A DNA stretch of 63,199 nt, filler included. It is 4 parts of 4 records of this genome, joined end to end, with 100 filler letters (N's around TTAATTAATTAA, not from the genome) between each part and the next. Parts side by side here need not be neighbours in the genome. Positions count along the whole stretch, not along the records: positions 31,805 to 53,516 come from DRR723986_12590; positions 53,617 to 63,199 come from DRR723986_12603; 2 more parts are not named here. One strand, 5' to 3'. Below the pieces are notes generated by a model. It was not told the DNA's origin. It did not search any database and worked only from the letters and a program-made list of their open reading frames with translations. A program made the position numbers and the translations under genes. Of this stretch, positions 51,254 to 60,498 are shown in pieces. The first letter of the stretch is position 1. Every line of letters starts with the position of its first letter.

Positions 51254-52179
51254 CTTAGCTTCGGGTTCAATGCGTCTCGCATCCAGTCACCCAACAGGTT
51301 GACTGCGAAAACGAGCACGACCAATGCGATTGCAGGAAAGAAGGTGATCCACCACAGGCCCGAGAACAGATATTCATTGCCCACCCGGATCAGCGTGCCC
51401 AGCGAGGGCGTGGTGGGCGGAATGCCCTGGCCCAGAAACGACAATGTCGCCTCGGCGATGATGGCCAAGGCCAGGCCAATGGTGGCAATCACCAAAACCG
51501 GGCGCAGCGTGTTGGGCAGAATATGGCGCAGCAAGATCAACCAGCCGGGCAGGCCAATGATACGCGCGGCCTGCACATATTCTTTATTGGCCTCTACCAA
51601 TGTGGCGCCGCGGGTGACGCGGGCAAATTGCGGCCAATCGGTAAGGCCAATGGCGATGATCACCACATAGATGGCAAATTCCTCGCGCAGCTCCAGCGGC
51701 AGAACCGCGCGCCCGATGCCATTGATCAAGATCGCCAGCAAAATGCCCGGGATGGTCAGCTGCACATCGGCAATGCGCATGATCACCGCATCGGTGGCGC
51801 CCCCCACATAGCCCGAAACCAGCCCCAGCGTGACGCCCAGCACCATGCCCAGGCACACCGCCGCCAAGCCCACCATGATCGACAGCCGCCCGCCATAAAG
51901 AATGGTCGATAGCATGTCGCGGCCTTGGTTATCGGTGCCCAGCAGGTATTGCGGCTGGCCCCCCTCTAGCCATGCAGGCGGCAGTTTGCCATCCCACAGC
52001 GATATCTGCGCGGGGTCGAACGGATCGAAAGGCGCAATCAGCGGGGCCATGGTGCAGGCCAAAATGATCACCACCGTAACCACAGCGGCAATCATCGCAC
52101 CGGGGGCATGCAAAAACGACCAGACGATATCGTTATCTGTAAAGCGCTGCCAGCGCGTCATCGGGCGGTTTGGTTGCAT
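51250..52179 (-). CDS. Peptide ABC transporter permease (DppC-like)
   Basis: LGTDNQGRD, EYVQAAR, RHILPN and LSFLG. Confidence 0.93.
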   Translation of the reverse strand: MQPNRPMTRWQRFTDNDIVWSFLHAPGAMIAAVVTVVIILACTMAPLIAPFDPFDPAQISLWDGKLPPAWLEGGQPQYLLGTDNQGRDMLSTILYGGRLSIMVGLAAVCLGMVLGVTLGLVSGYVGGATDAVIMRIADVQLTIPGILLAILINGIGRAVLPLELREEFAIYVVIIAIGLTDWPQFARVTRGATLVEANKEYVQAARIIGLPGWLILLRHILPNTLRPVLVIATIGLALAIIAEATLSFLGQGIPPTTPSLGTLIRVGNEYLFSGLWWITFFPAIALVVLVFAVNLLGDWMRDALNPKLR

Positions 52180-52182
52180 GCC

Positions 52183-53151
52183 TTAATTCCCCAGCCGAAT
52201 GCGCGGGTCGACCACGAAATACAAGATATCGACCACAAGATTTATGATGACAAACAACAGCGCCACGAACACCAGATAGGCGGCCATGATCGGCACATCG
52301 ACAAAATCCACCGCCTGAATAAACATCAGCCCCGTGCCGGGCCATTGAAACACCGTTTCCGTGATCACCGAAAAGGCAATCAGCCCGCCGATGTTCAGCC
52401 CGATGATGGTGATCACCGGCACCAGCGTGTTGCGCAGGGCGTGGCGAAAATGGATGGCGCGTTCCGACAGGCCGCGGGCGCGCGCAAATTTGATGAAATC
52501 TGTCTGCATCACTTCCAGCATCTCGGCGCGCACAAGCCGCAAGATCAGCGTCAGCTGAAACAGCGACAAGGTGATCGCAGGCAAGATGATGGCGCGCCAG
52601 CCATCGATGCTGAGCAGCGAGGTTTTCCACCCCCCCAGATCCACCGTGCCGCTGCGCCCCGACGAGGGCAGCCAGCGCAAATGCACGGCAAAGATGTAAA
52701 TCAAGGCAATCCCGATAATGAATGTGGGCAGGCTGACCCCAATCAGCGACACCGACAGCACCGCCCGGCTGGCCCAGGCGTGGCGCCTTATGCCGGTGTA
52801 AATGCCCAGGCCAATACCCACCACCAGCGCGATGATGGCGCTGACAAAAACCAGCTCTAGCGTTGCGGGGAGGCGTTCGAAAATCAGCTCGTCCACCGGG
52901 CGTTTGATGCGGTAGCTTAGGCCAAAATCACCCTGCACCATATTGCCGATAAACCGGCTGTATTGGGTCAGAATCGGGTCGTCCAGGCCCAGTTGCTGGC
53001 GAATTTCGATGCGCTGTTCGCGCGTGGCGTCCTGGCCCACCATGTTGTTCACAGGATCGCCCACGAAATTGAACAGCGAAAAGCTGACGGCAGATACCAC
53101 CGCCATCACCAGCACCGATTGTGCCAGGCGTTTCAGGATGAAAAATAGCAT
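52183..53151 (-). CDS. Peptide ABC transporter permease (DppB-like)
   Basis: GDFGLSY, PATLEL, ARARGL and ETVFQWPG. Confidence 0.93.
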   Translation of the reverse strand: MLFFILKRLAQSVLVMAVVSAVSFSLFNFVGDPVNNMVGQDATREQRIEIRQQLGLDDPILTQYSRFIGNMVQGDFGLSYRIKRPVDELIFERLPATLELVFVSAIIALVVGIGLGIYTGIRRHAWASRAVLSVSLIGVSLPTFIIGIALIYIFAVHLRWLPSSGRSGTVDLGGWKTSLLSIDGWRAIILPAITLSLFQLTLILRLVRAEMLEVMQTDFIKFARARGLSERAIHFRHALRNTLVPVITIIGLNIGGLIAFSVITETVFQWPGTGLMFIQAVDFVDVPIMAAYLVFVALLFVIINLVVDILYFVVDPRIRLGN

Positions 53152-53200
53152 GGTTGGCCTGTTGTTGTTTGGGGTGGCCCGGGGGCCACCCCAAGGTGTT

Positions 53201-53516
53201 TTACTTCATCACGGCAAAGCGCGGGCGGAAGGCATCATCGGCCGAGATCGGAATATCGACCTTGTTGCTGATACCCCAGGCCAGAACCTGGTGATGAATG
53301 GGCACATAGGGCATTTCTGCTTTTACCAGCTGCCAGGCCTCATCAATCATCGCGGTGCGCTTTTCGATATCGATTTCGGTGGTGATCGCCTGGGTGATCT
53401 CGTCTACCCGCGGGTTGGCATAGCCTGTGGCGTTCCACGAGCCGTTGCTGGCCAGCAGATACGAGAACACATAGTGGCTATCCAGCGTCGGCACGCCCCA
53501 GCCCAGCATGTAGAAA
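53201..53516 (-). CDS. Peptide ABC transporter substrate-binding protein, C-terminal fragment
   Basis: MLGW...N..GY.NPRVD...R...PYVPI family 5 SBP tail; truncated by the gap. Confidence 0.85.
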
Positions 53517-53616
53517 NNNNNNNNNNNNNNNNNNNNNNNNNNNNNNNNNNNNNNNNNNNNTTAATTAATTAANNNNNNNNNNNNNNNNNNNNNNNNNNNN
53601 NNNNNNNNNNNNNNNN
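53517..53616. other. Artificial contig spacer
   Basis: N-run + TTAATTAATTAA + N-run. Confidence 0.98.
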
Positions 53617-53617
53617 G

Positions 53618-53896
53618 ATGCTGGCCATTGGCCGGGCGCTGATGACCAACCCCCGCCTGTTGATCCTTGATGAGGCGACAGAGGGTCTGGCCCCGGTGAT
53701 CCGACAGGAAATCTGGGCCGCGATTTCGCGACTGAAGGCGGAAACGGGCCTGTCCATTCTGGTGATCGACAAATCCCTGAGGGAACTGGGAACGGTCGCT
53801 GACAAGGGCGTCATCATTGAAAAGGGTGTGACGGTCTGGTCAGGCGCGTTCGCCACGCTGGACCGCGACACCACCGACCGGCATCTGGGGGTGTAG
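53618..53896 (+). CDS. LivF-like ABC ATP-binding protein, C-terminal fragment
   Basis: MLAIGRALMTNPRLLILDEATEGLAP. Confidence 0.9.
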   Translation: MLAIGRALMTNPRLLILDEATEGLAPVIRQEIWAAISRLKAETGLSILVIDKSLRELGTVADKGVIIEKGVTVWSGAFATLDRDTTDRHLGV

Positions 53897-53901
53897 GGGC
53901 C

Positions 53902-54318
53902 ATGGCGTTCCAATTCCCCCAAAAGGTGCTGTTCAAGCATTGCGATCCCGCGGGCATCGTCTTTTACCCGCGTTATTTCGAGATGTTGAACGATGTCGTG
54001 GAAGCCTTTTTCGATGAGGCGCTCGGCCTGCCATTTGAGACATTGCATGACAGCGGCGGCGTGCCCACGGCAGAAATAACCACCCGCTTTCAGGCCCCAA
54101 GCCGCCATGGCGATCACCTGACGATTGCCCTGACAGTCACCCGTGTCGGGCGCAGCTCGCTCGGGCTGGCCTTTCACGCGGATTGTGGCGGCGAACCGCG
54201 ATTTACAGCGCGCTCCACCCTTGTCCTTGTGGACGAACACGGGCGGCCCCGGCCATGGCCCGAGGCGGTGCGACAGAAACTTCTGGACCGAGAGGAGGCC
54301 CCGGCCCATGTCCCTTAA
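53902..54318 (+). CDS. Acyl-CoA thioesterase (4-hydroxybenzoyl-CoA thioesterase family)
   Basis: HCDPAGIVFYPRYF hotdog-fold motif. Confidence 0.9.
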   Translation: MAFQFPQKVLFKHCDPAGIVFYPRYFEMLNDVVEAFFDEALGLPFETLHDSGGVPTAEITTRFQAPSRHGDHLTIALTVTRVGRSSLGLAFHADCGGEPRFTARSTLVLVDEHGRPRPWPEAVRQKLLDREEAPAHVP

Positions 54319-54703
54319 ATCCATTCAACCCGACGGTTGGCCCGAGCCCAAGGGCTATGCAAACGGTATCCTTGCCGCGAACGGCACGCTCTTCGTGGGC
54401 GGTCAGATCGGCTGGGACACGGCAGGCAAATTCGCCCCCGGAGGCTTTATCGGCCAGATGGAACAGGCCCTGATGAACATCCGCGCCGTGGTTGAGGCCG
54501 CAGGCGGCACGCCCGAGGATATCGCGCGGCTGACCTGGTACGTGACCGACAAGCGTGACTATGTCGACAATCAGCGCGCCGTGGGCGAGGTCTATCGCCG
54601 TGTCATGGGCCGCCATTTCCCGGCCATGGCGATGGTCGTGGTCGCCGGTCTGGTCGAGGATGAGGCCGTGGTCGAGATCGAAGCCACCGCCGTGATCGGC
54701 TGA
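54308..54703 (+). CDS. RidA/YjgF family protein
   Basis: PKGYANG, GGQIGW, FPAM and VEIEATA; GAGGAGG RBS upstream. Confidence 0.9.
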   Translation: MSLKSIQPDGWPEPKGYANGILAANGTLFVGGQIGWDTAGKFAPGGFIGQMEQALMNIRAVVEAAGGTPEDIARLTWYVTDKRDYVDNQRAVGEVYRRVMGRHFPAMAMVVVAGLVEDEAVVEIEATAVIG

Positions 54704-54755
54704 ACCACGGGGAAAATCCATTGCGTTTTGGGCTTGCGCGCGGCTGGATGGTGCC

Positions 54756-55661
54756 ATGCGGATCCTGAGCTTCAACATTCAGAACCTGCGGTTGCGGATG
54801 GCGGCTGGCCAGCCCCGGCTGGATGGTGCGCGCGACCGGGACGAGGTTGGCGAGCCCTCCGAACTGGACCCCGCCGACCGGCGGCTGTCTGCTGCACTGC
54901 TGGCGCGGGCGCGGGCCGATCTGGTGCTGCTGCAAGAGGTCTTCGATGCGGACACTCTGAACTGGTTCAACACCCGGTCGCTGCCTGCTGCGGGGCTACG
55001 TTCCTACCCCCATGCCCATTGCTTGCCCGGCAATGACGGGCGCGGGCTGGATCTGGCGGTTTTGTCACGCCAGCCCGTCAGGCTGACCAGCCATGCCAAT
55101 ATCACCCCCGCCGATCTGGGGTTGGAGGCCGCGCAGCCCGACCTGCCGGTGTTTCGGCGCGATTGCCTGATGGTTGAGGCCGGGCCACTGACGGTTTTCG
55201 TCTGCCACTTCAAAGCCCCCTACCCCGATACGGACGCCGCGTGGCCGGTTCGGCGGCTGGAAGCTGAGGCCACACGCCGGTTGATCGAGCGGGTTTTCCC
55301 GGACCCGTCGAAGGGCCTCTGGCTGATCGCCGGAGATTTGAACGAGCCGTTTGAGGCAAAGGGTCCGGCCGCGATCCAGCCCCTGTTGCCCCCCTTCAGC
55401 ACGGACCTGATGGCGCGACTGCCCAAGGATCAGCGCTGGACCTATCATGATCCCCATTCAGACAGCTATGGGCAGCCGGATGCATTGCTCGCCTCGCCCG
55501 CTTTGGCCGCGCGCTGGCCGAACGCCGTGCCCAAGGTTCTGCGGGACGGTCTGGCGCATGAGGCGACCCGGCATCGTGGTGCGCATTTGCCCGGCGTCGG
55601 GCGGCACCGGCCACACGCGTCGGACCATGCCGCGCTGCTTTTGGATCTTGGCGGAGTGTAA
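54756..55661 (+). CDS. Endonuclease/exonuclease/phosphatase family protein
   Basis: SFNIQN, LQEV, GDLN and ASDH. Confidence 0.9.
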   Translation: MRILSFNIQNLRLRMAAGQPRLDGARDRDEVGEPSELDPADRRLSAALLARARADLVLLQEVFDADTLNWFNTRSLPAAGLRSYPHAHCLPGNDGRGLDLAVLSRQPVRLTSHANITPADLGLEAAQPDLPVFRRDCLMVEAGPLTVFVCHFKAPYPDTDAAWPVRRLEAEATRRLIERVFPDPSKGLWLIAGDLNEPFEAKGPAAIQPLLPPFSTDLMARLPKDQRWTYHDPHSDSYGQPDALLASPALAARWPNAVPKVLRDGLAHEATRHRGAHLPGVGRHRPHASDHAALLLDLGGV

Positions 55662-55662
55662 C

Positions 55663-55686
55663 AAAAAAGACCGCCCCGAAGGGCGG
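55663..55686 (-). terminator. Rho-independent terminator
   Basis: CCGCCC-TTCG-GGGCGG stem followed by a T-tract on the minus strand. Confidence 0.7.
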
Positions 55687-55711
55687 CCCGTCTCGCATGA
55701 TCACAGCGCGA

Positions 55712-57406
55712 TCAATGGGGTTTGTCGGTGCTGTCAACGTCGGCATCCGCCGCGTCCCCTGCCCCGTCAGGCGTTGTACTCGCCTTGGATGGGCTGCCGC
55801 TCAGCGCCGCGTCTGCAACCTCTGCCAGCCCGCCTTCCAGCGAAATGCCAAGGTCTTCGCCCAGCTTCATCATCGCGGGCAATTGCAGCGCCATGCCAAG
55901 GATCGAGTCCATCGCCTGATTGACCGGGGCCTTGCCCTCGCCAGAGCCACCGCCTCCGTTTCCGCCACCAAGTCCGGACACGTGGTGAATGCGGATCGAG
56001 TCGATCTTCTCGGCGGGTTTGACCATCTGGGCCACCACTTCCGGCAGCGCTTCCAGCCGGGCAAGGGCCACCTTCATTTCGACAATCGCCTCGCTGATGG
56101 CGTTCTCTGCCTCCACGATGGCGCGTTTACCTTCAGCTTCTGCCAAAAGATCGGCCTTCTTCGCGGCGGCGCGAATGGTGATCGCGTCGGCATCTGCCTG
56201 CGCCTCTTCCCGACGCGCGGCGGCACGGTCTTCGGCGGCGTCTTTCTCGGCCTGAGCGGCCAGCTTGATGCGGGTTGCTTCCCGTTCGGCCTCGCGCTGC
56301 GCTTCGATGATGGCGATCTGCTTGTCCCGTTCGGCCTTGGCAACCGAGCGCGCGGTTTCGATCGATTCCATCGCCTTGGTGGCCTCGGCGCGGGCCGCAT
56401 CGGCACTGGCACGCGCGCGGCTTTCTTCCTCGGACTTCTGGGCGATGATGATCTGACGTTCCTGATTGGCGACTTCCAGTTCCCGGTCGCGGGTGATCTC
56501 GGCCTCTCGGATCAGGCGTTCGCGCTTGATCTCGGCGGTTTGAATGGCCTCTTCCCGCGCGATCCTGGCTTTCTGGGTCTCGCGAACCGAGTCCTCCATA
56601 CGCGCCGCGATCTCGGTCTCCTGCGCGGCCTTCATGGTTTCGATGTCCTGGGTCTGGCGGATGGCCGCCTCGCGTTCGTCGCGTTCGATGGACAGGCGCT
56701 GGCGCTCTTCCTCCATCGCGGCGCGGCGCACGGCGACATTGGCCTCGGCGTCGATTTGCGCGCGTTCCTTCTTGGAGGTCGCGATGACCTCGGCCAGCCT
56801 GCGCATACCAACGGCGTTGAAGGCGTTGTTTTCATCGAGCGCCTCGAACGGCGTCTGGTCGAGCGCGGTCAGCGATACCGATTCCAGTTCCAGACCGTTC
56901 TTCAACAGATCTTCGGACACCGCATTCTGCACCTCCTGCACGAATTCGGACCGGTTTTCGTGCAGCTCATCCATGGTCATCCGGGCGGCAACGGATCGCA
57001 GGCCGTCAATCAGCTTGCCCTCGATCATGTCGCGCAGCTGGTCAACATAGAAGGTGCGGTCGCCAAGGGTCTGGGCGGCGCGGGAAATGCCCTCTTCCGT
57101 GGCATTGACCGAGACGTAGAATTCCACCCCCACATCGACGCGCATCCGGTCGCGGGTGATCAGCGCGCCTTCGGCGTTGCGCTGCACCTCCAGCCGAAGG
57201 GTCTTCATGTTGACAGGGCTGATTTCATGGAGCAGCGGAATAATGAGAACGCCGCCATCCATGATGACCTTTTTCCCGCCCGCACCGGTTCTGACGATGC
57301 TCATCTCCCGCGTTGTGCGCCGATAGAGACGGTTTGTGACAAGGCCGATGAGAACAATGAGCAGCAGAATGCCGCCGACAAAGACACCTATGATCATGAG
57401 ATCCAT
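55712..57406 (-). CDS. Flotillin family SPFH protein (YqiK-like)
   Basis: N-terminal TM, SPFH domain (ITRDRMRVDV, KNGLELESV) and EA-rich coiled coil. Confidence 0.92.
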   Translation of the reverse strand: MDLMIIGVFVGGILLLIVLIGLVTNRLYRRTTREMSIVRTGAGGKKVIMDGGVLIIPLLHEISPVNMKTLRLEVQRNAEGALITRDRMRVDVGVEFYVSVNATEEGISRAAQTLGDRTFYVDQLRDMIEGKLIDGLRSVAARMTMDELHENRSEFVQEVQNAVSEDLLKNGLELESVSLTALDQTPFEALDENNAFNAVGMRRLAEVIATSKKERAQIDAEANVAVRRAAMEEERQRLSIERDEREAAIRQTQDIETMKAAQETEIAARMEDSVRETQKARIAREEAIQTAEIKRERLIREAEITRDRELEVANQERQIIIAQKSEEESRARASADAARAEATKAMESIETARSVAKAERDKQIAIIEAQREAEREATRIKLAAQAEKDAAEDRAAARREEAQADADAITIRAAAKKADLLAEAEGKRAIVEAENAISEAIVEMKVALARLEALPEVVAQMVKPAEKIDSIRIHHVSGLGGGNGGGGSGEGKAPVNQAMDSILGMALQLPAMMKLGEDLGISLEGGLAEVADAALSGSPSKASTTPDGAGDAADADVDSTDKPH

Positions 57407-57442
57407 GGTTGAAGTCTCCTCTTCTGGAAATGGTCGGGCGGG

Positions 57443-58213
57443 TTACCCGGAAAATGGAATAAGTCGGTAGCCGCCGGTTTCTCGGTGCCGCAGAACCAGA
57501 ACTTCGGTTCCGCGGTGCAATTCATCGTCGTCAGCCAGCGGCTCGGCACGGATATAGTGCAGGTTGCCCCAATAGTCGGACACGCGTACCTCGGCCGGGT
57601 GGCCACGACGGGCAATGCCTTGCGTGATCACCCCGCGACGGCGCGCCAGTCGGCTGCGCGACAGCGCCTGCGTTTCGGTCTTGGGCAGGATCGCCGCAAA
57701 GACGGCCGCAAAGCGCCCCGCGAACCAGACCCCCGCAAACCCCGCCACCGGCAGGCTGACAATCAGCGGCAGCGCGAAGCCAAAGCTGTTGCCCACGACA
57801 TTGACCAGAACCGTGCCGGTCAGACCAAAGCCAAGCAGCAGCGACGCCAGCCACAGCACGAAGGGCGCCTTGCCCACGCCAAGCCATGCCAGCAGACCCG
57901 AGGGCTCGGGCGCGGCCTCTGCCATCGGATCGCCTTCGAACGCGGGCAGATCATAGTCGGCAAGCTCTGCCTCCATGCCCGCGAATTCGAAATCGAGCCC
58001 GCTTTCCAGATCGAACCCCGGTTCAAGGTCGATATCCATCTCGAACGGTTCGGCGGCGAAATCGGGTCCGTCGATATCGGCCTCGGCCCCGCCGGCCCCC
58101 ATCAGGGTGCCGCCAAGCAGGGCAAAGACCAGTTCAAGTGCGAAAAGGCCGAAAAGAAGGGCCAGGGCAAGGGTGTATGGCACCATGTTCGGCGCCAGAA
58201 AAAACTCTGTCAT
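57443..58213 (-). CDS. YqiJ-like (NfeD-type OB-fold) membrane partner of flotillin
   Basis: WLGVGKAPFVLW and G.PAEVRV.D..G..HY..AEP; directly upstream of flotillin. Confidence 0.85.
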   Translation of the reverse strand: MTEFFLAPNMVPYTLALALLFGLFALELVFALLGGTLMGAGGAEADIDGPDFAAEPFEMDIDLEPGFDLESGLDFEFAGMEAELADYDLPAFEGDPMAEAAPEPSGLLAWLGVGKAPFVLWLASLLLGFGLTGTVLVNVVGNSFGFALPLIVSLPVAGFAGVWFAGRFAAVFAAILPKTETQALSRSRLARRRGVITQGIARRGHPAEVRVSDYWGNLHYIRAEPLADDDELHRGTEVLVLRHRETGGYRLIPFSG

Positions 58214-58352
58214 TCGGGACCGTTACGTAATTGCTTCTCTAAGGATATGGGGATTTCACAGCCCCGTTACCAGCTTTTTCCGCTTTGGATCGGAAGGAAT
58301 CGAACATGGGACAAGTCAGGAAATGAGCGGTCACATCATCGGTTTCGTCAAC

Positions 58353-58386
58353 AAAAAAAGGGCGGGCCATGTCCGGTCCGCCCTTT
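58353..58386 (-). terminator. Rho-independent terminator
   Basis: AAAGGGCGG...CCGCCCTTT stem with adjoining A-tract. Confidence 0.7.
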
Positions 58387-58408
58387 CAGAAATCGCAACC
58401 TGGTGCGG

Positions 58409-60298
58409 TCAGTCAGCCCAGGCCCAGGGCCGGGTGAATTCGCCCAGAACATCGGCGACGGCGGCATCGTCCACGTCGCCGGTACGGTTCAGCTTGGCCA
58501 CCAGCCCGAGCTTCTTGCTTTCGATCACTTCCACGACACGCGCATTCACGCCCGCCTCTTCCAGCGCGGCATTGTAGACACGGGTGATCGCCATCTTGCG
58601 CAGCGCCGGTTTGAAGACCTTGCCCACAGCGGTTTTGGGCAACTCGTCCATCAACTCGATATGCTTGGGCCGCGCAGCGCGTTCATGGACATGCTCGTCG
58701 CAATGCTCCTTCAGCTCACTGATGCTGACTTCGGCGCCTTGCACAAGCTCCACGTAGACGCAGGGCAGTTCGCCCGCGAAAGCGTCGGGCTGACCGATCG
58801 CGCCGGTCATGGCCACAGCAGGGTGGCTGGCCAATGCCTCTTCGATCTCGGCCGGGTCGATGTTGTGTCCGCCACGGATGATCAGATCCTTGGCGCGGCC
58901 CGTGATCCACAGGTAACCGTCGGCGTCGATGCGGCCCAGATCGCCCGTGCGCAGGAAGATGTCATCGGCAAAGAGGTCGATGTTCTTGTCGCTCTCGGTA
59001 TAGGTCGAGCCTTCGAACACGCCGGGATTGTCGATACAGATTTCACCCACCTCATCGGTTCCGCATTGCACGGGCCCGTCCGCCGTCTGCTTGAGGATCC
59101 GCACCTCGGTATGGGGAAACGGCACACCGACCGAGCCGATCTTCTTTTCGCCCTCGACCGGGTTGCACGACACAAGACAGGTCGCCTCGGTCAGGCCGTA
59201 GCCTTCGACCAGAGTGACACCGGTGGCTTTCTCGAACCGTTTGAACAGTTCCACGGGCAGCGGCGAAGACCCCGAAAAGGCAGTCTTGACCGTCGAGATA
59301 TCGCCATTCACCGGGCGTTGCATCATCGCCGAAATCGCCGTGGGCACGGTGATGATGAAGGTGATTTTCCATCGCTCGACCAGCTTCCAGAAATTGTCGA
59401 ACACGCCCTCGCCGCGATAGCCCTGAGGCGTCGGGAACACCACATGCGCACCCGAGGCGACGGCAGCCATCAGGATCACGTGGCAGGCAAAGACATGGAA
59501 CAACGGCAGCGGACACATGATATTGTCGGTTTCATCGAACAGGATCGTGGCCCCGAGCCAGCCATTGTAGATCAGGCCAGAATACTTGTGCTGCGCCACC
59601 TTGGGCATGCCGGTGGTGCCGCCAGTATGGAAATAGGCGGCAACGCGGTCGCCCGTGCTGTCCTCGAAGGTCAGCCGGTCAGCGGGTTGCCGGGCAATCT
59701 CGGCATTGAAGTCGAGAACCTTGGCGTGATGGTTGGACGGGTTCTTGGGCCGGATCAGCGGCACGATCAGCTTTTTGACGCCGGTCAGGTAGCGCAGCAG
59801 ATCAACCTCGATCACATGTTTCACATTCGGCGCATGTCCCACGGCCTCGGCCACTTTCTGGGCCACATCGGTTTTCGGGAAGGCCTTGACCGTCACCACC
59901 GCCTTGGCCCCGGTTTCACGCAGGATGGCGCTGATCTGTTCGGGTTCCAGCAGCGGGTTGATCGGGTTGGCGATGCCGGCAACACAGCCGCCCAGAAGGG
60001 TCAGAACGGTCTCATTACAGTTGGGCAGCACATAAGCGACCGAGTCGGTTTCACCGATGCCAAGAGACCGGAACAGGTTTGCGGTCTGCGTGACCTTGCC
60101 GTGCAGTTGCGACCATGTCAGCGTCTCGGCCTTGTCAGTTGGGCCGGAAAACAGCTGGTAAGACACCGCGTTGTGGTTCGGGAACTTGTCCCTGGTCTTT
60201 GTCAACAGCTCGTAGAGCGTGGTGGCCGGTTGGCTTTCTGGCCATGGAAGATCCTTTTCCATGGCTTTGACATCAGCAAGGTTCGTAAACCGCCTCAT
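58409..60298 (-). CDS. Acyl-CoA synthetase (AMP-binding)
   Basis: FHTGGTTGMPK, EGYGLTE, TGDLG, GRAKDLI and PKTAVGK. Confidence 0.95.
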   Translation of the reverse strand: MRRFTNLADVKAMEKDLPWPESQPATTLYELLTKTRDKFPNHNAVSYQLFSGPTDKAETLTWSQLHGKVTQTANLFRSLGIGETDSVAYVLPNCNETVLTLLGGCVAGIANPINPLLEPEQISAILRETGAKAVVTVKAFPKTDVAQKVAEAVGHAPNVKHVIEVDLLRYLTGVKKLIVPLIRPKNPSNHHAKVLDFNAEIARQPADRLTFEDSTGDRVAAYFHTGGTTGMPKVAQHKYSGLIYNGWLGATILFDETDNIMCPLPLFHVFACHVILMAAVASGAHVVFPTPQGYRGEGVFDNFWKLVERWKITFIITVPTAISAMMQRPVNGDISTVKTAFSGSSPLPVELFKRFEKATGVTLVEGYGLTEATCLVSCNPVEGEKKIGSVGVPFPHTEVRILKQTADGPVQCGTDEVGEICIDNPGVFEGSTYTESDKNIDLFADDIFLRTGDLGRIDADGYLWITGRAKDLIIRGGHNIDPAEIEEALASHPAVAMTGAIGQPDAFAGELPCVYVELVQGAEVSISELKEHCDEHVHERAARPKHIELMDELPKTAVGKVFKPALRKMAITRVYNAALEEAGVNARVVEVIESKKLGLVAKLNRTGDVDDAAVADVLGEFTRPWAWAD

Positions 60299-60498
60299 TC
60301 TTCTTCCTCCCCTGTTATCCTTGTTCAGCCCGTCACCTTGCGGTGCGGGCCGGACTTTTGCCGATCAGGATGGAGGCAAAGCGGGCGACAAAGCAAGCGT
60401 AACCCAACGCAAACCGCCCCGCCCGGCCAAAAACCAATGCGGAACGGGCGCCGTTTGCAGGTCAGGCGGTGCTTTGGCGGGTCGGGCCATGCACCTGC

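Noticed and set aside
15108-53616. Horizontal-transfer junctions or islands at the GC shifts; TTAATTAATTAA as a biological motif
   Set aside because: These are identical 100-bp artificial spacers with stops in all six frames. Genes on either side of a spacer are not linked.
55712-58213. Flotillin/YqiJ pair as a novel system
   Set aside because: This is the well-known conserved yqiJK-type operon.
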